NCBI RefSeq assembly: GCF_006345805.1
Contig: NC_042998.1
Coordinates: 104,904,001-104,968,000 of the forward strand
Direction of reading: 5' to 3'
Origin: Octopus sinensis
Taxonomy: Eukaryota
Length of the DNA: 64,000 nt
A model generated the notes under the pieces. The model was not told the origin of the DNA. It saw nothing but the letters and a program-made list of their open reading frames with translations, and searched no databases. Each line of letters opens with the position of its first letter. Within the stretch, counting starts at the first letter, position 1. The position numbers were made by a program, and so were the translations under genes. Shown here piece after piece: positions 53,541 through 64,000 of the stretch.

Positions 53541-54719
53541 GTGTGTGTATATGTATCAAACACACACATATATATATGTGTGTGTGTGTGTGTGTGAATA
53601 TATATACACACACATATACACATATATATATACTTACATCTATATACAGACACACATACATACATACATATCAACATACATACACATTAATTGTTTTCTA
53701 ATACAGAGAGGGATATGAAGAGAAAACATGTAAGAGAAAGTAAGAGAAAGGAGTGAAAGACAGACATTTTAAGAGTAGGATATTATCTCCTTCGCTTATC
53801 TTATTATTAGTAGTAGTAGTATGTAACCCATGATAACAGTATCTACAGTATGCTGACAGACATGTAACTTACACCAAAACGATCTACCACCTGCCAAATT
53901 CTACATATTCAGGCCAGCTGTTTCTAACATGTGCCAACTCTATCTAACCTTTGCCAATAATTCACCTATGCCAGCTTCATCTTTGTCAGATCAGTACAGT
54001 CTGTTCTTCCTTAAATCCACATCAGAGCACTGTTGGACCAAAAACCAATCTTATAAATCTATGCCAATATTACTTCCTTTCTAGAAATGTCTTCAGATTA
54101 ATAGGAAAATTGGTCAAATAGATTAGATATTGGACTGTTTAAGCATAGGATCTGAGTTCATATTGGGTTCAAGCATTTTGCTATGTTTCCGAGCAGAAAC
54201 AATTTATTCCACATTAGGCATAAGAGGAATTATTTGCAGTGTATGAGAGAGAAGACTTCACTGGTTTGGTCATGTGATGTGCATGGATGAGGACAGTGGC
54301 ATGAAGAAGTACTGATCCCTTAAACTGGAGGCAAGTTGAGGAAAAGGGAAACCTAGGGAGACATAGGACAAAGTTTTGAAGGCAGATCTCAAAATACTGA
54401 GCCTTACAAAGATGACAGAGGACTGAGATATGTGGCGCATTGCCGTACTCAAGAAGCCATGCCCCCCACAAAAGAATTGATGTCCTAAAACTAAAGTACC
54501 ATGTAAAAAGCATTGGCATTGGTGCTGGTGTCTTCTAATAAGCACCATTGATGATGCTACGTAAAAAGCACTCAGTACATTCTGTAAAGTGGTTGGCGTT
54601 AGGAAGGGCACCGAGCAGTAGAAACCCAACCAAAATAGACTATGGAACCAGGTGTGGCCTCTGGTTTTGCCAGTTCCTGTCAAGCTGTCCAATCCATGCC
54701 AGCATGGAAAACAGACATT

Positions 54720-54761
54720 AAATGATGAGGATGGTGGTGGTGGTGGTGGTGGTGATGATGG

Positions 54762-54823
<62 letters not shown>

Positions 54824-54930
54824 GTGATGGTGATGGAGATGATGATGATGATAATGATGATGATGGTGTTGGTGGTGGTGGTGGTGGTGGTGGTGGTGGT
54901 GATAATGATAATGATGGTGGTGGTGGTGAT
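54720..54930. repeat. (GAT)n/(GGT)n compound trinucleotide repeat extending an RTE tail
   Basis: Directly visible; follows ...GGAAAACAGACATTAAAT, the RTE 3' terminus. Confidence 0.9.
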
Positions 54931-55071
54931 GATCTTTTAAGAAAATTATTCAGAATACATCCTATTTTATCTTTTAAAACTAGATGTGATAAAACAGAAT
55001 CCTATCCAAAGATTATGTGTCTCTCTTATCAGCCACAGACCATGAAACTTAGAAATAAGCATTCTTGACTG

Positions 55072-55121
<50 letters not shown>

Positions 55122-55217
55122 CGGGAAGGTTTACGAAAATAAACAAAAGATGAAGGCAGGTGGAGTACAAACAAGCAAATGTATAAGTATGGTGCTCAGG
55201 AATAGTAATAGAACAAG

Positions 55218-55255
55218 TCTTTTATGTTTCAAGCCTATGCTCTTCGACAGAAAGA
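55218..55255 (-). ncRNA. Decayed hammerhead-like motif (CUGUCGA), same family as 20567-20604
   Basis: Reverse complement: TCTTT-CTGTCGA-A-GAGC(ATAG)GCTT-GAAAC-ATA-AAAGA. Confidence 0.35.
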
Positions 55256-55310
55256 TACACAGAAAAGAAAAAGAGAGACAAAAAATGCCTGTAGGAGCTA
55301 ACAGTCCATC

Positions 55311-55368
<58 letters not shown>

Positions 55369-55372
<4 letters not shown>

Positions 55373-56019
55373 CAATATGTTACATTACTTGGTAGTCAAG
55401 ATAAAACTCTGAGTTTCAGATGCCGAAGTGGAAATCCACAACACCATCTCTTCGGTTATCTGGCTATTTGAAAACGTTATGAAAAAATACCATTAAAAAT
55501 GAAGGGAAATTACTCTGTTATAACTCTGCTTTGCCTGCGTACTTATACATCGCTCGCATTTTTCGTCATAAAAATTATATAAAAATACATAAAAATATAT
55601 AAAAATATATAAAAATATATAAAATCTTCTTGGGACATAACACAGAAAGCATGTTCTATCCGTTTTTTTTAGGGGACCAAAAACGTAACAGAAATTTAGT
55701 TACGTTTTTGGTCCCCTAAAGAAAACGGATAGAACATGCTTTCTGTGTTATGTCCCAAGAAGATTTTATATATTTTTATATATTTTTATATATTTTTATG
55801 TATTTTTATATAATTTTTATGACGAAAAATGCGAGCGATGTATAAGTACGCAGGCAAAGCAGAGTTATAACAGAGTAATTTCCCTTCATTTTTAACGGTA
55901 TTTTTTCATAACGTTTTCAAATAGCCAGATAACCGAAGAGATGGTGTTGTGGATTTCCACTTCGGCATCTGAAACTCAGAGTTTTATCTTGACTACCGAG
56001 TAATGTAACATATTGTATA
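55369..56019. repeat. Near-perfect palindrome 1 (321-bp arms, 9-nt loop AGAAATTTA at 55690-55698)
   Basis: Arms 55369-55689 and 55699-56019 are reverse complements; three mismatches found by eye. Confidence 0.93.
55928..55988 (+). ncRNA. Hammerhead-like motif (CCGAAGA core) in palindrome 1; mirror copy on the minus strand at 55400-55460
   Basis: GATAA-CCGAAGA-GATG...CATCT-GAAAC-TCAGA-GTT-TTATC: perfect 5-bp stem I, extended stem II, near-palindromic stem III, GUU triplet. Confidence 0.45.
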
Positions 56020-56085
56020 GATAAATTTCCTCTATTTACATAATATTGAGGTCTCTTTCTTTCTTTTGTTATCTTACCGTTTTAT

Positions 56086-56168
<83 letters not shown>

Positions 56169-56262
56169 CATATAATAATATTAGGGAATAAATCCAAACT
56201 TACAGGGAAAAATTAGATTTAGGATTGAATCCAATTTTATAGTAAAATATTATATTATATTA

Positions 56263-56659
56263 AATTAGAGACAAAACCACTATTATGCAAATCAAACAAT
56301 GAAAAACTTAAGCCAATACATATGATTAATTTATATTATTTAAATATGTAACAAAATTATTAAAAAAATATAATTAATATCACACTACGATCGTTTCATG
56401 CCTGCTGTCTTCAAATTTTTGAGTCGCAGTCATTCATCAGGTGGTTTAAATATTTTCTCGCCAAGAAAATATTTAAACCACCTGATGAATGACTGCGACT
56501 CAAAAATTTGAGGACAGCAGGCATGAAACGATCGTAGTGTGATATTAATTATATTTTTTTAATAATTTTGTTACATATTTAAATAATATAAATTAATCAT
56601 ATGTATTGGCTTAAGTTTTTCATTGTTTGATTTGCATAATAGTGGTTTTGTCTCTAATT
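56263..56659. repeat. Near-perfect palindrome 2 (196-bp arms, 5-nt loop CGCCA at 56459-56463)
   Basis: Arms 56263-56458 and 56464-56659 are reverse complements; one mismatch found by eye. Confidence 0.93.
56479..56539 (+). ncRNA. Hammerhead-like motif with intact CUGAUGA/GAAAC core and GUA triplet; mirror copy on the minus strand at 56383-56443
   Basis: CAC-CTGATGA-ATG-A-CTGC...TCAAA-A-TTTGA...GCAG-G-CAT-GAAAC-GATC-GTA-GTG; self-complementary ACGAUCGU stem III; only 3-bp stem I. Confidence 0.6.
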
Positions 56660-56685
56660 AATATAATACATATACATATATATTA

Positions 56686-56736
<51 letters not shown>

Positions 56737-57333
56737 CATATACATACATACATATTATATACATATATATATATACGTATATATATATACACACATATAT
56801 ATCATCATCATCATCATCATCGTTTAAATTTTTTTCCTGTGCCACCTGCAGAAATGCCAGTAAGGTGATGCTGGTAATGATCACATTTGAATGGTGCTTT
56901 TTACATGCCACCATATATATATATACACATACACATATATATATATATATCATCATCATCATCATCATCATCATTTAACGTCTGCTTTCCATGCTAGCAT
57001 AGGTTGGATGATTTGACTGAGGACTTACGAACCAGATGGCTGCACCAGGCTCCAATCTGATCTGGCGGAGTTTCTACAGCTTGATGCCCTTCCTAACGCC
57101 AACCACTCTGAGAGTGTAGAGGGTGCTTTTACGTGCCACCAGCATGAGGGCCAGTCAGGCGGTACTGGTAACGGCCATGCTCAAGTGGTGCTTTTTACAT
57201 GCCACCTGCATAGGAGCCAGTCCAGTGACACTTGCAACGACCTCGCTTAAATTTTTTTCCTGTGCCACCTGCAGAAATGCCAGTAAGGTGATGCTGGTAA
57301 TGATCACATTTGAATGGTGCTTTTTACATGCCA

Positions 57334-57372
<39 letters not shown>

Positions 57373-58375
57373 TATATATACAACAGGCTTTTTTCATTTT
57401 CCATTTACCAAATCCACTCATCCACTCACAAAGTTTTTGTTAGCTTAAGGTGTCATGCAGTGGGACTGAACCTGGAGTCATATGGCTGAGAGGCAAACTT
57501 CTTGCCATGCAGCCACACCTCCACTTACTGTTTGAAGGAAAAAAAATTGGTGTTATCACAGCTGAAATACCTTTGATCATATGTCTACTCAACAAAGATT
57601 GACTTGGGCTAAACAACAACTGTATAATATCGTAGAATTACTGCATAATATTATACCGTACAATGCAACATTGTAGCATTAGTGTGTGCATTATTATTGC
57701 ATTATACCACTAGTGTGTAACACTGTAGTCTCAACTCTATTACGACCACATAAATAGAATTTTGTTATCAAACCTGTATAAGTTATTCTATTACTCTGCA
57801 AATTATTTCTATTATTCAACCATGCTACATCAGGGTGCTATAGATTCTGTCTATGAGTGCCATGAGATTGTTAGATTCACAAAATCAACTAACCAATATT
57901 AAATTGGTGGCTTGAAACATTGATAAAAGGAAAATAATTTTCTAAAAGCTCTCAAAGAAAATTAACTAGATGTGGCTACTTATTGAAATATTTGATGTGA
58001 GTGGTTGGTTCTTGCTACTCATTGAGTGATTGATGCTGCTAGTTTAATTTGTATTAGTATTGTCTAAACCAGAGCTGAATACAGTTATGGGTGGCCATTT
58101 ACATGAAATCTACATGAAATTACTGTGCACCCTAAGAAGAATTTGGGAATAATGCCAGCTAAGCAATACCATACCATACTATCTGAATTATACTACTTAA
58201 ATGATATTATCTATACCATACCATTATTTTCTAAAGCAAACCATATGAACTTTGTCACTATTGTCTAAATCAAACCAGTGTTTCTTAACCTGGACAGTGA
58301 CATGTCTTTCAAGACAATGTGAGGTTGCAAGGATGGGGAAAATGGCAAGGAGCACTATGGGAAATGGGGTGTTGG

Positions 58376-58792
58376 CAGTGCTGGATTAACCGTTGAGCAA
58401 AATAAGCATTTGCTCAAAGCATCAAAAGAAGGAGGCATCACAGGAATGATAAATGATTTACAGTACAAAAGAAATCACTTTAAACTTGCTAAAATAATAT
58501 TTGAAGTGGTTTATATGATTGGAAGTATAATTTTGAAGCATTCAAGGTGACATAGTGAGGATCTGATCAAAGACTTTGCAATTAAGAAAAGGAGAAAACT
58601 TTTCAAATATAAATAAAGTGGAAGTATACAAAAATAAGCATAATTTTCCATCTTACTGTTAGCTTTGTTTCATTTAAAAAAATAAAGATGTTTTTTATGG
58701 CTCGTTATTGTTTATATTTTGAATTACATCTATATGGAAGCACCAAAATTTTTTAAGTGCTTAGAGTCCGTATGGATGTTAATCTGGCCCTG
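58376..58792. mobile_element. hAT-type MITE
   Basis: TIRs CAGTGCTGGATTAAC / GTTAATCTGGCCCTG; 8-bp TSD GGTGTTGG / GGTGTTAG (one mismatch). Confidence 0.75.
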
Positions 58793-58849
58793 GGTGTTAG
58801 ATCTTTAGAAGGGTTGTGATATTTTTCTTAGAAATTTAATATTTAAATC

Positions 58850-59476
58850 AGGTACACATGTAAAAAGCACCATTCAAGTATGATTGATGCCAGGTTCGCC
58901 AGACAGGCCCCGGTGTTGGTGGCACGTAAAAAGCACCATCCAAATGTGGCTGATGCCAGTGCCCTCTCACTGGCTCCCATGCCAGTAAGATGTAAAAAGC
59001 GCTATCCGAACACAATCAATGCCAAATTCAACTGACTGACTCCTGTGCCGGTGGCATGTAAAAAAGCGCCATCTGAACGTGGCCAATGTCAGTGCCCCAT
59101 CACTGGCACCCATGCTAGTGGTACATAAAACGTGCTACCCGAATGTGATCAATGCCAGGCCTGATTGACTGGCTCCTGTGCCAGAGGCATGTAAAAGCAC
59201 CATCCAAATGTGGCCAATGCCAGTGCCTCCTCACTGGTTCCCATGCTGATGGCATGTAAAAAGCAGTATCCAAACGTGATCAATGCCAGATCCACCTGAC
59301 TGGCTCCTGTACCAGTGGCATGTAGAAAGCATCCACTACACTCTTGGAGTGGTTGGTGTTAGGAAGGGAATCCAGCTGTAGAAACATTGCCAGATCAGAT
59401 TGGAGTCTGGTGCAGCCACTGGCTTTCCAGACAACCCATGCCAATGTGGAAAACGGACATTAAACGATGATGATGA
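58850..59476 (+). repeat. RTE 3' UTR with an expanded array of about eight 66-bp units, then the standard terminus and (GAT)n
   Basis: GTAAAAAGC anchor at about 58860, 58926, 58992, 59058, 59125, 59191, 59256 and 59322. Confidence 0.8.
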
Positions 59477-60829
59477 TTATTTTCCAAAAACTATTTGACA
59501 GGAATACAGTATTAATTGGACATTGGGTTATGAGTGAGTAGAGAATATGGTTGATGATCTTACAGGAACAATATAATATCATCTTAAGTAATTTACTTTA
59601 TCACTTTTTAGCATGGGAATAAATACCATACAAATGTAATAATTATTTAAAACTATCAATTAGGGTATCTGAGAGATACCACCATGCTGAAATAGCAGTC
59701 AAAACCCTGACCCTAAAACCAACACACACATATGTATGTATCTTTGTGTATCTGTATTTGTGTCTGTCCAGCCACCCAGCCAATTTATAACTAGTGTTGG
59801 TTGTTTACATCCCCATAACTTAGCAGCTTGGCAAAAGTGATAGATAAAATAAGTACCAGACTTGAAAAAATAAGTTCTGGTGTGGGGGAGCTGCATTTTT
59901 TTAACTAAAACCCTTCAAAGCAGTGCCCAAGCATGGCTACAATCCCAAGACTGAAAAAATGCTAGCATGGATTGGACAATTTGACTGAGGACTGGCGAAC
60001 CAGATGGCTGCACCAGGCTCCAGTCTGATCTGGCAGAGTTTCTACAGCTGGATGCCCTTCCTAACACCAACCACTCCAAGAGTGTAGTGGATGCTTTTAC
60101 CTGCCACCAGCATGAGGGCCAGTCAGGCAGTACTGGCAACGACCATGCTCAAATGGTGCTTTTTACATGCCACCTGCACAGGAGCCAGTCCAGCAGCACT
60201 GGCAACGACCTCGTTTGAATCTTTTTCCCATGCCACTGGCACAAATGCCAGTAAACTATGTCATTAATATGTGGTACAGTGTTTTTACCATTCCTTTTTC
60301 TATATTTTTCTTCCTTTCACAAAATTACCATTCAAATTTCACTACACATACAAGAAAAAGAGTAGTTTTGTATACAAACAATTTATTGACAAAATTGTAT
60401 TAATTCAAAATGAGCATTCTTTAAAACAACATTAAGAAAACTAAATCTTGCCAAAACAGTGCAAATAATAGTAATCAATGTTTCACCCTGATGAAATTAC
60501 TCTTCCAGGAAATTTCTTCTTGAAATCCTGAAATTTATCCTCCTGGTATAATTTTCCCCAGGTTAAAAATTGGTGATTTAAACCACATCGCTCAAATCAT
60601 ACCATTAGCATCTAAATAAAGACTTCTAGCATACACACAAAGCAACAAGTTTTAGAAGGTGAGGACTGTCAATAATACCTACCTACTTACCTACCTACCT
60701 TCTTACATACCTACCTACCTACATACCTACATACCTACCTACCTGCCTACCTGCCTACCTGCCTACCTACCTACCTACCTACCTACCTACCTACATACAT
60801 ACATACATACATACATACATACATACATC

Positions 60830-61126
60830 ACCGTGACTGACCAGGCTATCAGATGTTGCTCCACATCGCTGGTCACAATGTGTTTCCCATTGTTTTAGCC
60901 TTCAAATAACGCCTCTCCACTGGCTAAGCGAGCAGGCCAACAGAAGAAAGAGTGAGAGAAAGTTGTGGCTAAAGAGTACAGCAGGGATCGCCACCACCCC
61001 CTGCCAGAGCCTCATGGAGCTTTAGGTGTTTTCGATCAATAAACACTCACAACGCCCGGTCTGGGAATCGAAACCGCAATCCTTCAACTGTGAGTCCTCT
61101 GCCCTAACCACTGGGCCATTGCACCT

Positions 61127-61130
<4 letters not shown>
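60830..61130 (-). mobile_element. tRNA-derived SINE, family D
   Basis: Minus-strand head TGGAGGTGCAATGGCCCAGTGGTTAGGGC...GGTTTCGATTCCC; 3' part matches 160-275 (+) and 41212-41316 (-). Confidence 0.75.
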
Positions 61131-61161
<31 letters not shown>

Positions 61162-61399
61162 TATGTATATATATATATATATAGCCTTAATACACTAGTA
61201 AAGTGTGTATATATACATACCTACATACATATATATATATCATCATCATCATCATCATCATCGTTTAGCGTCCGTTTTCCATGCTAGCATGGGTTGGACG
61301 GTTCTACTGGGGTCTGTGAAGCCAGAAGGCTTCATCAGGCCCAGTCAAATCTGGCAGTGTTTCTACGGCTGGATGCCCTTCCTAACGCCAACCACTCCG

Positions 61400-61407
61400 T
61401 ATGTATA

Positions 61408-61478
<71 letters not shown>

Positions 61479-61493
61479 GTATATATATGTATG

Positions 61494-61524
<31 letters not shown>

Positions 61525-61551
61525 GTATGTATATATATATGTATATATATG

Positions 61552-61585
<34 letters not shown>

Positions 61586-61597
61586 TGTATATGTATG

Positions 61598-61630
<33 letters not shown>

Positions 61631-61646
61631 TATATATATATGTATA

Positions 61647-61688
<42 letters not shown>

Positions 61689-61764
61689 ATTATATATATA
61701 TATATATAGTATATATATGTATGTATGTATATATATATGTATGTATATATATATATACATACAT

Positions 61765-61801
<37 letters not shown>

Positions 61802-61872
61802 GCAGTATATTGGATATGTTATCCCATGGTGGGTTGAATGTTCAACCCCTATCTCATTTTATATATATATAT

Positions 61873-61925
<53 letters not shown>

Positions 61926-61964
61926 CATATACATACATACATACATACATACATATACATACAT

Positions 61965-62013
<49 letters not shown>

Positions 62014-62020
62014 GGTATGT
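61400..62020. repeat. Long imperfect (TA)n/(TATG)n microsatellite with a 60-bp unique island
   Basis: Directly visible; source of several spurious long ORFs. Confidence 0.9.
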
Positions 62021-62029
62021 ATATATACA

Positions 62030-62228
62030 CACTTTATTAGTGTATTAAGGCTACCATGGCTTCATAATAAGCAATACCTTAAAAACTATCAAGCCTTTGA
62101 CATGGAACATTGGTGTTCATCTCCATCTGCTTTTAATTCCAAATGGAGATGAACACCGATGTTCCATGTGATAGGCTTGGGGTATTCTTTAACCAGAAAC
62201 CAATGGTAGCCTTGATACACAAATAAAG
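62030..62228. repeat. Degenerate fold-back element with a near-perfect 27-bp apical stem
   Basis: 62100-62126 pairs with 62143-62169 (one G-T); outer CTTTATTAGTGTATTAAGGCTACCAT pairs imperfectly with ATGGTAGCCTTGATACACAAATAAAG. Confidence 0.7.
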
Positions 62229-62395
62229 AACCTTTAACCACCAATGTGGTGTTGAGTACTCATTTTCATTGTTTGATATTTACATATATATATATATAAT
62301 TATATATATATATAATATATATATATAGATGCATACATACATGCATGCATGCATACATGCATACATACATACATACATACATACATACATACACA

Positions 62396-62428
<33 letters not shown>

Positions 62429-64000
62429 GATACTGTCATGTGAGATTTTGTCTAGTGCTTGTTCCCTGATGCTTCTGAAGAATGAAAATGTCTTTCTAGT
62501 GTTGCATTGTAAAATGAAAGACAACACTCATGGACAATTAAATCAAGCTTTATTTACTGCACATAGTGTTTTCTGTGTTGGTCTTTGGATGAAGAATAAA
62601 TGTAACGATTTGTACACAATAAGAGAGACGTACTACTGGGGTTAATGAGAAAGTACCTGGTATGTATCAATCTGTGAGTATCTCATCACAACTAGGAAAA
62701 TATCACAATAAATTCATGACAGTAAAATCTGTACATTCTCTTTGCGTGGCTAGGGAATAGAAAATGAGAATGAAATTGTTACAGCAACTACCTTGAAACC
62801 CTGAAGTTACTACCAAAAGTCCCCCTTTTTTATAAGGTTCATTAGAAGGTTCTAGAAAGTCAAGTCACATGATGGTTTGATAGTGATTGATTGGTTAATT
62901 GGCCAATCACATGAAACGATAGAGATTTTAATGTGGCATCCACACAGCTGTCCAGCAATTTGGTTTTGAATCTATTATAATGCCAAAATAAAAACAATCT
63001 AGAAGAACAAAGACAAACTGAGAAGAATTTGCACTCAGAACATAAAGTTATATAACTAAATACAATGAAACCATTTATCTGGTGCATCACTGATATGACC
63101 AATTTAATACCCTTTATTAGAGTCTATTATGAGTTAACTGAGACGTGGACATCAAACTCATACAATACTTTATAATTATTTTAAATGTTTCAAATTTTAG
63201 TACAAGGCTAGCAGTTTTAGGAGGATGGTGCAGGTTTATTACATCAACCCCAGTACTTGACTAGTACATTTTTTTTATCCCTGATGAAATGAAAGCAAAA
63301 TTGATTTCAATGGGAGCTGAACTTAGAACATAATGAGCTGAAAGAAATACCTATTTCTTTATTACCCAGAAGGGGCTAAACATAGAGGGGACAAACAAGG
63401 ACAGACATAGGTATTAAGTTGATTACATCGACCCCAGTGCGTAACTGGTGCTTAATTTATCGACCCCGAAAGGATGAAAGGCAAAGTCGACCTCGGCGGA
63501 ATTTGAACTCAGAACGTAATGGCAGACGAAATACGGCTACGCATTTCGCCCTGCGTGCTAACGATTCGGCCAGCTCGCTGCCTTGAGCTGAAAGAAATAC
63601 CACTATGCATTTTGTCTGGTAGTCTAACAATTCTGCCAATTCACTGCCTTCCTGTATAATGAATTACATAATGGTATATACAACATCCTGATTATAAAAA
63701 CATACTTTTTCTACTAAAAATTTTTTTGCATAATCTTTTGGTCTTTTAGATTTACCTCTTGCAAAATGTGTTTTCTGTACAACGTATGATATTTGTTAAA
63801 TTATATTTTAGAGTGATGTGACTCAATTTATGAAGGGTAGTATCTCATAAGCCTGCTGCCAAAATAAGATTTCCTATATTTGATTTAAACAACAATGTCA
63901 TCAGAACAACACATCATATGTCATATGAAATAATTAATTATTTATAAGAAAGTATTTCTAGCTTAGGTCTAAGACAATTTTGGCTCAAACAAAGGTTCTT

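Noticed and set aside
58850-59345. Repeat-spacer appearance suggesting a CRISPR array
   Set aside because: The 'spacers' are homologous to each other in an alternating pattern, the unit belongs to an RTE LINE 3' UTR, the DNA is eukaryotic and no cas genes are present
61294-62040. 248-aa ORF and many other I/Y-, C/V-, H/T-, N-, D/G- or M-rich ORFs in the track
   Set aside because: Translations of (TA)n, (TG)n, (AAT)n and (GAT)n microsatellites; no coding signal

Overview
AT-rich, microsatellite- and transposon-dense animal DNA. The repeat families suggest a coleoid cephalopod, probably Octopus (inference). One host gene is supported: the last eight coding exons of an OATP/SLCO organic-anion transporter on the + strand (1191-29810, about 445 C-terminal codons). 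All introns are GT-AG with compatible phases, and the exons carry the family signature DPRWIGAWWLGFL and a Kazal-like domain; its 5' exons lie upstream of the window. The rest is intron or intergenic DNA filled with tRNA-derived SINEs, RTE-clade LINE fragments, decayed mariner (DD34D) and maT (DD37D) transposons, hAT/piggyBac-like/unclassified MITEs, a small Helitron and Penelope-like element (PLE) remnants. The most notable pattern is about 14 minimal hammerhead-ribozyme-like motifs tied to PLE ends. Four of them sit in two adjacent near-perfect fold-back palindromes (321-bp and 196-bp arms, 55.4-56.7 kb) that each carry a hammerhead on both strands. Repeats right of about 39-42 kb look CpG-decayed compared with those inside the SLCO gene, which hints at a methylation-domain boundary. 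Most ORFs in the supplied track are microsatellite artefacts. All coordinates, alignments and folds were derived by eye and need computational confirmation.
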